A stretch of DNA of 63,938 nt, filler included, from an uncultured bacterium (GCA_964471275.1; 4 parts of 4 records of this genome joined end to end with filler, not necessarily neighbours in it), one strand, 5' to 3'; shown: positions 50,364-61,079, counted from the first letter of the whole stretch. Notes: a model not told the origin generated them from the letters alone. A program made the numbers and translations.

Positions 50364-52363
50364 CCTTGGCCCTTCCTCCTTCCTTGCTCTACCAGTCTTT
50401 CGATCATCAATCGGGCCCTGCGCGTGTATGGATTGTCGGCGGTGTTGAGCTCGAGAAACGTACCAAACGCGGCGTGTGCTTTGGTCGGTTGGTCCGTACG
50501 CAGATAGAGCTCGCCCAGAATCATCCAGGCCTGCAGGAGTCTCGCTTCCAAATGAACGGCCTGTTCCAGTGCAGGAATTGCGGCGAAATCGTCACCCATC
50601 ATTGCCCGTGCGTTACCCAGATGGAACAGGACGGCGGCATCCGCTGGCTCCTCTCTGGCGGCGTCCGCCAGAAGGGCGACTGCTTCTTGTGGTTGCTTCA
50701 TCTGGATGAGCAATGTTGCCAGATTGTAGTCGAGGTCGGTAGAACGGGCAACCAGCGTCCGCGCCTGACGGTATCGACGCACTCCCCCAGCTAGATCCCC
50801 CGTGTTTTGTAGAGCAATCGCAAATCCATTGAGGAATTGGACATCGTGGGGTCTAAGAGATTCGTGCTTTGTGTAGTGACCTACCGCCTCCTCGTGTCGT
50901 CCGAGTGTGTTGAGTGCGAAGCCGTGGAGATGGAGTGGTTCAGCGTGGAATCTGCCCACATCGAGCGCGCTGCTCGTCAGCCGGACGACTTTCTCCCACT
51001 CGCCAGCCTTCTCGGGTATGAGTGCATTGTAAAGATGGGATTCGAACGTCAGCAGCCGGGCAGTTAGCGCGATCGCGGCGCAAAGACTTACCGCGGGAAT
51101 ACTCCAGAGCGCCGTCAGCCGTAAGGGCTTCTTCTTGCTCGAGTGCAGGCAGGCAATCAGACCCAGGGCAAACCAGAAGAGAAGGGTCGGCGTCGCCCGA
51201 TCTCTCGGGAAGCTAAAACAGCTGTGGATCAGAACTGCAATCAGACTGGCCAGGGCGGTGGCCGCCAGGTCAGCATGCTTTCCCGAAAGGCTGCCTGTTC
51301 CCAGCCGAAAGGCGGTCACGAGGATCCAGATGAACGCGGCGATGCCCGGCCAGCCGAGCTCGGATGCGATCCCGAGGAAATCGTTGTGAGGCCTGGAGGG
51401 GGAACCGTCAAAGGTGACGAGGGTTGCGTTGTCGTATTTTGGGTAGTGAATCGCCCAATTTCCCAAACCGACACCCATCGGTCTGGCTGCGATCATCGCC
51501 AACGTTCCCGACCACATATCCAGACGCCCACGATCGCCTCCCTCGTCTGTAATCGAGCCAAGGGCCTCAGCGATCGTGGTCTTCTTCTCATCGATGTCTT
51601 GCGGCCCCACCTTGCCTGATTGTCTGGGCACCATCGACAAGAGGAACCCGGCGAGTACCGCGACCACCAGCAATCGTCGATTGGTGAGGGAGTTCACACG
51701 TCTTCGCTTCAGTGTCAGACCGTAGATCACGACCACGGCAACAGCCAACCCCAGCCAGGCGCCACGTGTGCGAGTTTGGATGAGGAACGCAACAAGGAGC
51801 GTCAGACAACCCGCCCAGGCGATGTTTCCACGTTTCTCTCGGACGGTCAACCAGATGGCAAAGGGTATCGTCTGTATCGTTACCATCGCCGCGATGTTGC
51901 GGAATCCGAGTGTGCCACTCGGCAGGCCGGCAGATGGGATAGACCAGACGGCGAGGTCCCAGTTCTGCAATGCTCCCAGGACAGCGGAGGCTGCTGCTGC
52001 CGCGACCAAGCCTTTCGCTAGCGGGCGGGATTTAGCAGGGCCCAGATCAGACAGGACCAGCATCAACAGGACACCCGTAGAGAGTTTGGTGAGTTCTACG
52101 AGCGCGATGACCGGGTCTGTTGCCCAGGTAAGCGAGAGCGCCCCGATTGTGAGGTAGACAAGGGCAGGTAACGTAAGTGGACTCGTATGCCAACCGCGTC
52201 CACACACGGCACGGATGATGACAACAAAGGCCAGTGCGATCAGCCAGACGAGAAGCTTCGGGCCTAGCGTATAGTCTTTCAAATACGGCCAGTAGGCCAG
52301 AGGAACAGCGAAGAGCGCGAACGTGATCAAGTGTCTCTCTGTCGTCGTCGCGTGCCGGATCAC
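50351..52363 (-). CDS. O-antigen ligase-like/TPR protein, copy B
   Basis: SGTLGFRN, TRTRGAWLG, RGRLDMW, GVGLGNW, RPHND, FSFP, TPRs; GTG 52363 overlaps the upstream stop. Confidence 0.85.
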   Translation of the reverse strand: MIRHATTTERHLITFALFAVPLAYWPYLKDYTLGPKLLVWLIALAFVVIIRAVCGRGWHTSPLTLPALVYLTIGALSLTWATDPVIALVELTKLSTGVLLMLVLSDLGPAKSRPLAKGLVAAAAASAVLGALQNWDLAVWSIPSAGLPSGTLGFRNIAAMVTIQTIPFAIWLTVREKRGNIAWAGCLTLLVAFLIQTRTRGAWLGLAVAVVVIYGLTLKRRRVNSLTNRRLLVVAVLAGFLLSMVPRQSGKVGPQDIDEKKTTIAEALGSITDEGGDRGRLDMWSGTLAMIAARPMGVGLGNWAIHYPKYDNATLVTFDGSPSRPHNDFLGIASELGWPGIAAFIWILVTAFRLGTGSLSGKHADLAATALASLIAVLIHSCFSFPRDRATPTLLFWFALGLIACLHSSKKKPLRLTALWSIPAVSLCAAIALTARLLTFESHLYNALIPEKAGEWEKVVRLTSSALDVGRFHAEPLHLHGFALNTLGRHEEAVGHYTKHESLRPHDVQFLNGFAIALQNTGDLAGGVRRYRQARTLVARSTDLDYNLATLLIQMKQPQEAVALLADAAREEPADAAVLFHLGNARAMMGDDFAAIPALEQAVHLEARLLQAWMILGELYLRTDQPTKAHAAFGTFLELNTADNPYTRRARLMIERLVEQGRRKGQGWRR

Positions 52364-54600
52364 CGCGTGCCCTCTAACGTACGGATTCGCTTCCTTGCCC
52401 AATCGCTGTGGTGGGCGCCCCCCTGCCAATGCAGCAGGAAGCGTCGATAAGCAATAATCGAGCGGTCAAGCTTACCGACTGTCTCCAGCGCTTCAGCCAG
52501 ATTCCGGTAAGCTCTCGCATACGTGCTGTCAAGTTCTGTTGCGGTCTCGAATGCCGCGACGGCCCCGTGATGATCGCCCATCTCCGACAGCTGTACTCCG
52601 AGGTTGTTCTGACTGCGAGGGTTGTGTGGCGCTATCTCAACTGCCTTCTGATAAGCCCACAGTGCTTCTCTTTTCTTGCCGCCCCTGCCCAAAAGTGCCG
52701 CATAGCGCGTATAGACTCCGGCGGTTGCGATGGGTGTCTTCAGAAGCCTCTCGTAGAGAGCACGTGCCTCAACAGGATTACCCCTGCCTTCGAAGGCTTC
52801 AGCAAGGAGGAGGACTGCCTCGAGGTGGCCGGGGTCCAGAACAAGAACCTGTCTGCCGGCAGCGTCGACAGCGTCCCATTCTTTCAAACCCCGTGATGCG
52901 CGGGCGACACCGTAGTGCGCGGCCACTCGTCCCGGATACAGGCCTGCTTCGATCGTGTAGTGTTCGAGAGCTCCCCGAAAGTCTCCCATTTGCAGGAGCA
53001 GATCGGCCAAGGGCAGGTGTCCCTCGTTGGGATGGTAGGTGAGTGAGGTCGTAAATGCGTGGCGTGCGGCCTCAGTATTCCCAAGTTGTTGATTGCCTGC
53101 ACCTTGCAGTTGATAGGCCCGGAAGTCCAACGGCCCGATGGCAAGAGCTGACGTCGATGACTCTACCACCGACGCCCAGTCGTTTCGGCGCCACGCTTCG
53201 ACTGCCTTCGCGTAGTGTCCGTCGAACTGGATCCGCCGAGTGGTCATTACGGTTCCCGCGAGAATCAGCAGGGCGACACTAGAACCCACGAGTAGCCGGT
53301 TCATCACCGGAGGCCGTCTGGGTGTCGGATTTAGCGCCGCCACCGAGCCCACACACAGCCACATTGCAGCGGAGGATGCGATTCTCTCTGAAGGGAAGCT
53401 GAAGATGCTGTGGACGACGTAGGCCGCAATACCCAGTCCCATCGCGATCGTCAGTCGATGGTCGGGTGATCGATCCCGCCAGGCCTGTACTGAGACCGTG
53501 CTTACCGTGAGGAGCAGCCACAGATACAGCGACAGACCGATCAGGCCCGATTCAGAGAGGATCCAGAGCAAATCGTTATGCGGACGCTGTGGGGCGACAT
53601 TCTCCGTAATCCACTCACCACGATCGTAGACGGGATACGCGAATTGCCATCCCCCTAGACCGACACCGGTCAGCGGACTCGACAGCACCATCCCAATGGT
53701 ATTGTGCCAGACGATCGTACGTCCACGGCTTGTCGTAGGTGAAAATGAGGTCCGCAGCGCGGTAAGGGCATCGGTCTTCTGCTCGTCAATCCTGAATTCG
53801 CCCTCCTTGACCATCCGGGGCGACTGCAGCCCGACCAGGGAAATCAGAGCTATGGCCGACAGAGCGATTGCGACTCTCACGGGCGTAAAGGCCCGTCTCA
53901 GGGTAGTGGCTCCGCCGTGGTGAAGCGCACCGGCAGCAAAGAGAGCAACCGCAACTGCGAACCCCAGCCAGGCACCCCGTGTCCGTGTGCATAGGAGGGC
54001 CGTCAAAGCGAGCGCTCCAGAAATCCCGAAAGCCGCCCTGGTGTAGGCTTTCCGATCAGACCAGGCCAGGAGCAGGACGGGCGAGATAGTAACGATCAGG
54101 TAGGTTGCGAGAAAGTTGCGGTATCCGAAAGTGGCACTCGGGTTGCCTGCCGTTGGCAGGGATGCGAAGGCCCAACCCCAGTACTGGCAGATGCAGATCA
54201 CGGAGACGATACTCAAGGCAAGAGCAGACGTCCTGACGACGATTCCTGCTCCGGTGCCGCTGAGCGTCTGGGCACACGCGTATCCGAAGGCGCACATCGT
54301 TAGTATCTGACTGGCTTTCTGCAAGGCATCGACAGGGTTGTCCGCCCAAACGGCAGAGAGTATCTGCCACGCACCGAACGCACAGAGCGCTCTGAGAATC
54401 GATCTATTCGGGTCCGGTTCCGTGGCCCTGGTGCGTCCCAGCACCCATGCAATGAGAATCACCAGCGTGAGAGACTGAAGGACAAGTAAACGTGGCCACC
54501 GCGTGAAGTCGAAGATCCCTGGCAGATAGACCAGCGGGAGCAGGAGCATAGCCGCTGCCGATGCGGTAGTCGCGATTCCGGATGTCGTTCTAGCGGTCAT
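52360..54600 (-). CDS. O-antigen ligase-like/TPR protein, copy C
   Basis: SATFGYRNF, TRTRGAWLG, RGRTIVW, GVGLGGW, RPHND, FSFP, TPRs; ATGA overlap with the upstream gene. Confidence 0.85.
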   Translation of the reverse strand: MTARTTSGIATTASAAAMLLLPLVYLPGIFDFTRWPRLLVLQSLTLVILIAWVLGRTRATEPDPNRSILRALCAFGAWQILSAVWADNPVDALQKASQILTMCAFGYACAQTLSGTGAGIVVRTSALALSIVSVICICQYWGWAFASLPTAGNPSATFGYRNFLATYLIVTISPVLLLAWSDRKAYTRAAFGISGALALTALLCTRTRGAWLGFAVAVALFAAGALHHGGATTLRRAFTPVRVAIALSAIALISLVGLQSPRMVKEGEFRIDEQKTDALTALRTSFSPTTSRGRTIVWHNTIGMVLSSPLTGVGLGGWQFAYPVYDRGEWITENVAPQRPHNDLLWILSESGLIGLSLYLWLLLTVSTVSVQAWRDRSPDHRLTIAMGLGIAAYVVHSIFSFPSERIASSAAMWLCVGSVAALNPTPRRPPVMNRLLVGSSVALLILAGTVMTTRRIQFDGHYAKAVEAWRRNDWASVVESSTSALAIGPLDFRAYQLQGAGNQQLGNTEAARHAFTTSLTYHPNEGHLPLADLLLQMGDFRGALEHYTIEAGLYPGRVAAHYGVARASRGLKEWDAVDAAGRQVLVLDPGHLEAVLLLAEAFEGRGNPVEARALYERLLKTPIATAGVYTRYAALLGRGGKKREALWAYQKAVEIAPHNPRSQNNLGVQLSEMGDHHGAVAAFETATELDSTYARAYRNLAEALETVGKLDRSIIAYRRFLLHWQGGAHHSDWARKRIRTLEGTR

Positions 54601-55189
54601 TTACCTGAACCGATTTCGGTCACTCGTGATCGTGCTATCGCTGTCTCGGCGATGTCGCCGCGCCAGGTTTTTAAGAAGACACCGTAGTGGCTTACGGCCC
54701 CGAGCCGATCTCCCGGCGACGCTCTGACATAAAGAGCGTCAGCCAGGTTGTGGTGGAGTACCGGGTCATTCGGAGTGAATTCGAGCGCACGAGTGAAACT
54801 CGAGACGGCCTCGTCATACTTGCCGCCAACCATGTGGAGCAAACCCAGATTTGACCACGCGTCAGGGTAGTCGATCTTGATCTCCGTGGCCCGACGATAG
54901 GCCCGCTCCGCCCTCTGACGATCATCCATCCGTTGATAGACGCCACCCAGGTTGTTCTGGATCTGGTGGTGGCTTGGTGCCAGTTCGGAGGCTTTCAACA
55001 AGGTGTCCCTTGCCCGACCCAGATCACCCCCAAGTGCATAGTTCATCCCAAGATCGCCCAGCAGTTCGACGGAATTCGGATGGTAGTTTAGACCCTCCAG
55101 ACAGGCTGCCTGTGCCTGAAGGTAGTTCCGGCCAGCCTGATACACCTTGTTGCGAAGGAGGAAGACGCGACTGTCGAAGGGCCCGGATC
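54597..55189 (-). CDS. TPR C-terminus of a probable fourth paralog (5' end lost at contig edge)
   Basis: Open frame to the gap; GPFDSR, YHPN and FLKTWRGD parallel GPLDFR, YHPN and FLLHWQGG/FKGIWKGD in the other copies. Confidence 0.7.
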
Positions 55190-55289
55190 NNNNNNNNNNN
55201 NNNNNNNNNNNNNNNNNNNNNNNNNNNNNNNNNTTAATTAATTAANNNNNNNNNNNNNNNNNNNNNNNNNNNNNNNNNNNNNNNNNNNN
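55190..55289. other. Artificial contig linker
   Basis: 100 nt N-TTAATTAATTAA-N. Confidence 0.97.
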
Positions 55290-56007
55290 AGGCCTGCTCG
55301 ATACGCTCGGGGTGCTTCTTCATAAACTCCGTAATCTCTTCATACGGTCCCACCGCGATATCTACCGCACGTCTGAAGTGGGACAGCCACGGAACATCTG
55401 GTGCCATTGCCTTCACCTGGTCAGAAAGTGCCGCACAGGCGATCGTAAGGGCTCCTCCCTGGCTGCCGCCGATCGCAGCGATGCGATCCTCATCGACTTC
55501 CTTTCGCCCCGCAACGGCCTGAACAGCCCTTACCGTGTCCAGGTAAAAATTCCGGTAATAATACTCGTCCTTGTCCAGTATTCCGTGGGTGATGAATCCG
55601 CGCTGGGCACCGTGAGAGGTCGTCAGAATCTGTCCGGTGCCGCCGCCCTGCCCGCGCGAATCCATGATAAAGGCACAGAATCCGTTCAACACGTGTGGCG
55701 CCAGCGCGTGGGGATAATCCCTACCGCCCGAATAGCCGATAAACTGAACGACCGCAGGCAGAGGTTCCGTCACATCCCTGGGCGTCAGGTACCAGCCGCG
55801 AACCCGAACCCCATCCGCGCCATCGAACGACACATCGTAGACATTTGCCATCGGAAGGCTGCCCTCGACACGTTCGAATGCGGCGTTCAATGGGACCTGC
55901 TCACTTTGCTCCTTATTCGCACGCCAGAACCCCTCGAAGTCATCTTGCGCAGTCGTGTCCGGTTTGTAGTCGATCAGCTTCTCAAGCGGCCAGTCGATTG
56001 ATCCCAT
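55290..56007 (-). CDS. Acetylxylan esterase/cephalosporin-C deacetylase (CE7), 3' end truncated
   Basis: DFEGFW, GYSGGR, DSRGQ, YYYR..YLD, GGSQGG, PWLSHF. Confidence 0.88.
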
Positions 56008-56071
56008 CCATTGCTCCTTCGATATCGTAGTGATCCTGCAGCAAATCTCGGCCGAACACTCTGTTCACACG

Positions 56072-57229
56072 CTACGGTGTCTTCTTCGCTCTGAGATGCG
56101 AGTAGTTGTCTGAAGTCAACAACTCGTCCAGATCGATCCGTTCACCCCCACGCTGATGGGAGAAGTTCGCGGCGAGCACGGCAGCCAGACTGTTCATACT
56201 CGATGCATAGGTGCTCAGAAGCGGGTCATGGCTTCCAACCTCGACGGCTTTCACAAAAGCGGTTGCAATTGCAAGCGTCGTGTCCACCTTGCCCGAAGTT
56301 GCAACAGGATGTGTAATCTGGTCAGCATCCGGATGCCCATCAGGCGGATAAGGACCGTCGTAGAAATAGGCGGTCACCCTTGTGCTACCTACTTTGAGAT
56401 GCCCGTGATCCCACAGCAGGTTCTGATAGCCGTCGTTTCTGAAGACTCTCCGTAATCTCGACATGATCAGGTTGCCGACAGCGCCATTCTGGAACCCGTA
56501 GGTCACCGTGTAGCTGTAGGGGTTGTCTCCGCCATCTTCGATATCTCCTTCATCCCGTGGAACATACGCGCTCTGTGTCCACACGATGTCACCCATCCAG
56601 AAGCGCATCAGATCGGTCTGGTGGATCCCCGCCTCGACCACGGTTGATCCGGACCATTCGAAGCTCTTTGCCCACACACCGTCCTTCGGTCCTCCCATCG
56701 CCCCCGTGTCGGTATGTTTGACCGAGTGTGCTTCCAGTGCCCCCTCGTTCACAATCGTCGCCATGACAGGTCGTTTGTCAGCTATGAATTCGTGAGCAGC
56801 CACGCTCGGCGACTCGTACCGGCGCTGGAACCCAACCGTTGAGATCACACCTGCCTTCCTTATCTCCTCGCCCATCTCGATTGCTTCGTCCAGGAAGAGA
56901 CTCTGAGGCTTCTCCGCGAAGATGTGAATACCCGCGCGCGCTGCTTTGATCAACTGACCGTCGTGCAGTCCGGGGGGAATCGCGAAGTAGAGTGCTTTGG
57001 GGCCTGCGTCGAGAACCTGATCGAAATCGGTCGTTTTCAGAATGCCGTCAAAGCTCAGTCCTGGCACGAACTTCCGGATCTTCTCCTCGTCCAGATTCGA
57101 CTCAAACGCATCGCAGACTGCGACGATGTGGGTTCTGCCCTCCTGCTGCAGTGTCCAGAGCGCTTTCAAATGCTGCAACCCTCGTTGCCCCAGGCCAACA
57201 ACACCGATCGGTAGCGGATCGGCCATCAC
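56072..57229 (-). CDS. Gfo/Idh/MocA family oxidoreductase
   Basis: VVGLGQRG, AEKPQ, VGFQRRY, VEAGIHQTDL. Confidence 0.85.
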   Translation of the reverse strand: MMADPLPIGVVGLGQRGLQHLKALWTLQQEGRTHIVAVCDAFESNLDEEKIRKFVPGLSFDGILKTTDFDQVLDAGPKALYFAIPPGLHDGQLIKAARAGIHIFAEKPQSLFLDEAIEMGEEIRKAGVISTVGFQRRYESPSVAAHEFIADKRPVMATIVNEGALEAHSVKHTDTGAMGGPKDGVWAKSFEWSGSTVVEAGIHQTDLMRFWMGDIVWTQSAYVPRDEGDIEDGGDNPYSYTVTYGFQNGAVGNLIMSRLRRVFRNDGYQNLLWDHGHLKVGSTRVTAYFYDGPYPPDGHPDADQITHPVATSGKVDTTLAIATAFVKAVEVGSHDPLLSTYASSMNSLAAVLAANFSHQRGGERIDLDELLTSDNYSHLRAKKTP

Positions 57230-57744
57230 TTCTCTCCTTTCAGAGAAATGCGCGCGGCGCCAAGGATGACAAGACTCGCACGGTCCTGCACATACAGGTT
57301 CACATCCAGATCATCCGCCGGCACATCGTCAGGTATTCTGAGTTTCGTATCTCCTGTTCGGCGTGATCCCGCAGGGAATTTGAACATCCGCACCCGGTAA
57401 TGATGCTCGAGCCGCTCGGCATATCGGCGCTGGCGTCGCGTAAAGACGCCGTCGCTGAACCTGTCCTTCCCCCCGAGCCGATCCCGGTAGTCCAAATAAA
57501 ACGCCAACCCAAGGAGGAGTCTGCTTGCCCCACGCTCCACGCCCCCTGCGCCTTTGCCTCCATACCTCACCCGCATCTCAGCCCTGTTCGGTCAGCTGGC
57601 CGGGCAAGACATCGGCACGTGGACAGCTGCTGCAACCTTCAGGGATAAAGAATTCAACGACGGCAGCGATGGGGGTTTGTCTGCGTGCACAGAGAAAGAC
57701 GGAAGCATCAACAGCACGGCTCCGCAGACGGTGACTCCGAGCAT
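57226..57744 (-). pseudogene. DUF1223-like secreted thioredoxin-fold protein, degraded
   Basis: Signal-like start (MLGVTVCGAVLL..HADK), VVEFFIPEGCSSCPRAD in a shifted frame ending in a stop, then LAFYLDYRDRLGGKDRFS..TRRQRRY in another frame. Confidence 0.65.
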
Positions 57745-58076
57745 CACGACTTTAGCGTCAGATAGACGATCACTTTCGCCGTCGTGCCAGGGGGAAGCTC
57801 ACCGACAAGACGGACAAAATTCCCAAACCGGGCTATGCGAACAAACGCGACATCCTTACTCTCCTGAAAACCCATCAGCGTGCCCTCGTCCGCCCAGTGC
57901 GTTCCGTCCGGAGAGATCTGGGGCTTCGCGTGCCCACGCCCCATCTGGCCATCTTTCTCGAGCACACGCACAAAGTAGATTGCCTCTGACGCCCATCCGG
58001 TCTCGTAGGGTTCTGTCTCGAACTTCCCCTCCCAGGTCACGTCCCGTTCAATGATCGCCGTGTGGCTTTGTCGCAT
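57744..58076 (-). CDS. Conserved hypothetical protein (110 aa)
   Basis: AGAAGG RBS; TEPYE.GWASEA, QISPDG.HW.DEG, FGNFVRL look like a real family. Confidence 0.7.
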   Translation of the reverse strand: MRQSHTAIIERDVTWEGKFETEPYETGWASEAIYFVRVLEKDGQMGRGHAKPQISPDGTHWADEGTLMGFQESKDVAFVRIARFGNFVRLVGELPPGTTAKVIVYLTLKS

Positions 58077-58229
58077 AGTCATCCTTCTGGTGGGCTGTTG
58101 CGAATACATTGCTGTGTTCTGGTCATCGAATGTGCGGTGTCAGTTCGAGCGCCAGTCGAAAATTCGACATAGCGTATGCTAGTGGCCCTGCCTTTCAGCT
58201 GATCTACTGGGCGACATACGGAACAGGCG

Positions 58230-59069
58230 TTAGAAATCTCCTGAGAGAAGTACGGAATCCACGCTCAAGAATGCCCGTTTGTCGATATCCGTCTCAACAA
58301 AGAACACCATGTTCAGCATACACCAGAGATTGGCCATCGCGGGCATAACCATGGGCACGACATCCGATAGATCGTAGAACCGGTCGTTGAACTGAAGCGC
58401 GGCGTAGCTCATGTCACCAAGATCGAAGGTGATACGCATGTAGTGCCAGTTCTGCTTCGTCGCAATCTCGTTGTAGCACAAGAGCTGCTGGTCACCCGGT
58501 AGATCCTCCCACCCGTCACCGGCCAGATGAAAATGCGATTTCGTCTTTCCCGAACCCCCGATCTCCTCGAGCGATTCTCGCTGTGACTTGTACTGCCACC
58601 TAGCGACCTGCTCCCCTCCTTGCGCGTTGAGATAACGCAGGTGCGGCATCACACGATTCTTGCTGTCCTGGAGGTCGAAGACAAAACCGAAGGCCCGCAC
58701 ATCCAGCTCCGACAGAGCCATCTCAGTCGCCTCCGGCTTGAATGTGACGTAGGCTTCGAGCTGGATCTTCGTGAGCTCGCGCCACGTTAACCGTTTCACG
58801 GCAACGGCCAGGCTTCCCGACTCCGGACGCGTCGCGAGCTTCATCGAGTAGGTGCCATCCCAGGAGCCCGCCGACCCAGTGTCCCACATCGACGCGTTGC
58901 TCAACATCGGCCCCCTCAGATCCCGATACTCCGGCAGCATGGTGTCGAGAGAAGTTTCGTAGTTTCCAATCAGGTTGGTCCAGCCGCTCAGCCCATTGTC
59001 GAAATCGTCGAAGGTGATGATACGGGAGAGTGGGCTGAAGCGAGTCAGTTTCGGGATCAAATTACTCAT
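58230..59069 (-). CDS. Hypothetical protein, DUF6772-like
   Basis: 279-aa ORF; FDDFD.G..GW..L.GNYE, DGTY.MKLATRP, YNEI.TKQNWHY; family name recalled, not searched. Confidence 0.6.
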   Translation of the reverse strand: MSNLIPKLTRFSPLSRIITFDDFDNGLSGWTNLIGNYETSLDTMLPEYRDLRGPMLSNASMWDTGSAGSWDGTYSMKLATRPESGSLAVAVKRLTWRELTKIQLEAYVTFKPEATEMALSELDVRAFGFVFDLQDSKNRVMPHLRYLNAQGGEQVARWQYKSQRESLEEIGGSGKTKSHFHLAGDGWEDLPGDQQLLCYNEIATKQNWHYMRITFDLGDMSYAALQFNDRFYDLSDVVPMVMPAMANLWCMLNMVFFVETDIDKRAFLSVDSVLLSGDF

Positions 59070-60340
59070 GCGGCTCCTTCTACGTAGGGAATCGTCAGTG
59101 GACCGTCGGGAAGAACAGCCACGCGCTGATCATCCGTGTCTCTCAGCGAATCGCGCACGCCAACGTCGAGATCATCGATCGCCTCCAGCTTGCACGCCTC
59201 GATCTCCGACACATCCACCCCTGAGAGCACGCTGATCTGCGCGCGTTCGAGGATGCCCCCGAGAATCTGCGCCTGCCATTGGTCCAGGATGGGGTGTTCG
59301 AGCGCCTGGATCGAGGCTAGCACATCCGCCGCGGATTCGCCTTCCCGCATGATTTCCGCGAAATTACCGTGATAGGGAACGCCATCTGAGCACTCGCTCG
59401 CTACCAGTATCCTACCCCCGTTCAGGACAATTCGTGCAGCGGCCGAGATGCCCTTCACGGTTTGGTAGAGATTCTGATCAAGAGGATATCCACTGTTGGA
59501 AGTCACGACAACGGGGAACGCCCGGTCGACCGCCTGCATGGCGGCGTCCTTCGCCCTGGCGCAGCCTTGCTGATGTGCTTCCCTGTAGTCTCCCAGGTAG
59601 AAGCCCGAGATCTCCTTGTCCCCATTGAGAGTGACATTCACCATGAAATCAGGCGGGCACATCGCCACGATCTCAGCGATCTCTGCCTGGATCGGATTCC
59701 CTACCATCACGCCCCACGTACTCTTCTCGTGACCGATCAGTTCGGCGCGATGCAGCCTCAAAATCGTGTCGATCCCGGCCACCCCCGGCGCGATACCCTT
59801 GGCGCCACCGGAATACCCCGCGAAGAAGTGCGGCTCGATGAATCCCACGACGATTCGTTTGTCGGCTTCCAGGTAGGTACGATCAAGATATGCGTCCGTG
59901 CCCGTCGAAATCTGCCCCAGCTTCACGTTGGTCTGCGAGTCGAATGCGTCGTGGTTCACGATCCGAACACGTCTGACGATATCGCGCCCGAACATCTCTT
60001 CGATCTCTTCGTCGGTATTGGGTCTGTGCGTACCGGTTCCCAGGAGAACTGTAACGTTCTCTTCGGGAACAGGGAGGGCATCCAGTATCCAGGAAATGAG
60101 CTGATGGTTGGGAACCGGTCGCGTGCCATCCGAGGTGACGATGGCCACTTTGTCGGACGACGCAATCTGCTCGGCGAGCGGGTCGGTGCCGATCGGGTTT
60201 GCAGTTGCTGCCCGGAAGCCAGCTTCCGGATCCGGATGCGCCGGCTCGAACTTCGGCCGGATCGACGTCCACTCCGCCAGATCAGGATCAGCATCCAGAC
60301 GGATCGATCCCTTCCCGTAGGCAATCTTGATTTCGTTCAT
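59066..60340 (-). CDS. larA: Nickel-pincer-dependent lactate racemase family protein
   Basis: SDGTRPVP, GTGTHR, NHD, IEPHFFAGYSGGAK..PG, GYPLDQNLYQTVKG, DQWQ. Confidence 0.9.
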   Translation of the reverse strand: MNEIKIAYGKGSIRLDADPDLAEWTSIRPKFEPAHPDPEAGFRAATANPIGTDPLAEQIASSDKVAIVTSDGTRPVPNHQLISWILDALPVPEENVTVLLGTGTHRPNTDEEIEEMFGRDIVRRVRIVNHDAFDSQTNVKLGQISTGTDAYLDRTYLEADKRIVVGFIEPHFFAGYSGGAKGIAPGVAGIDTILRLHRAELIGHEKSTWGVMVGNPIQAEIAEIVAMCPPDFMVNVTLNGDKEISGFYLGDYREAHQQGCARAKDAAMQAVDRAFPVVVTSNSGYPLDQNLYQTVKGISAAARIVLNGGRILVASECSDGVPYHGNFAEIMREGESAADVLASIQALEHPILDQWQAQILGGILERAQISVLSGVDVSEIEACKLEAIDDLDVGVRDSLRDTDDQRVAVLPDGPLTIPYVEGAA

Positions 60341-60374
60341 CACTTGCCGATCCAATCCGTGTGACGCGTCATCC

Positions 60375-61079
60375 CTAACATCCCATCTGACCGGCTAGAT
60401 CGTGGAAATCTACGGCGTAGACATCCATCCAGTTCTCGCGTGCCAGATCCACATCTCGTCCTCGTCCGCGCTCGTGCGGGCGTGTCACGAATGCGGTTTG
60501 GTATCCAACGGCCCGCGCTGCCTGCAGATCACCCTTGTGAGCGGCGACCATCATCATCCGCTCGGGAGTCTGGCTCAGCATTTCCGACGCGTGCTGATAC
60601 ACTTCGGGATCACGTTTGTAGTGGCGCGCCGTCTCTGCCGACAGGATGACATCCCACGGGAGACCCGCGTGCTTCGCCATGTTGCACAGGAGAGATACGT
60701 TCCCGTTCGACAGCGTGACGATCGCGTATCGGCTCTTCAACCGGACCAGCCCCCCCACCGAATCGGGCCACGGATCCAGCCTGTGCCAGACTCGATTCAG
60801 GGCGTCAAGTTCACCTTCGCTGAGTCCGCCCAGCCCATAATCATCGATCAGCGTATCGAGAATCATCCGATGCAGATCGTCGATCTTTGTCCACGGCAAT
60901 TCTCCCGTTTGAACACGATTCATTGCGGGACCATAGCCGGCGCGCCATGCGTCAGCAAAGGCCTCCCAATCGGCCTCGATCCCCCTTGCTTCGCCCAACT
61001 GACTTGCTTCTCGAATGATTGTGGATCGCCAGTCGACCACCGTGCCGAACACATCGAATGTGAGTGCCTCGACTTCCAT
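60375..61079 (-). CDS. Haloacid dehalogenase type II
   Basis: FDVFGTVVDW, WHRL.PWPD, LSNGN, YK..P..Y, MVAAH..DL. Confidence 0.88.
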   Translation of the reverse strand: MEVEALTFDVFGTVVDWRSTIIREASQLGEARGIEADWEAFADAWRAGYGPAMNRVQTGELPWTKIDDLHRMILDTLIDDYGLGGLSEGELDALNRVWHRLDPWPDSVGGLVRLKSRYAIVTLSNGNVSLLCNMAKHAGLPWDVILSAETARHYKRDPEVYQHASEMLSQTPERMMMVAAHKGDLQAARAVGYQTAFVTRPHERGRGRDVDLARENWMDVYAVDFHDLAGQMGC

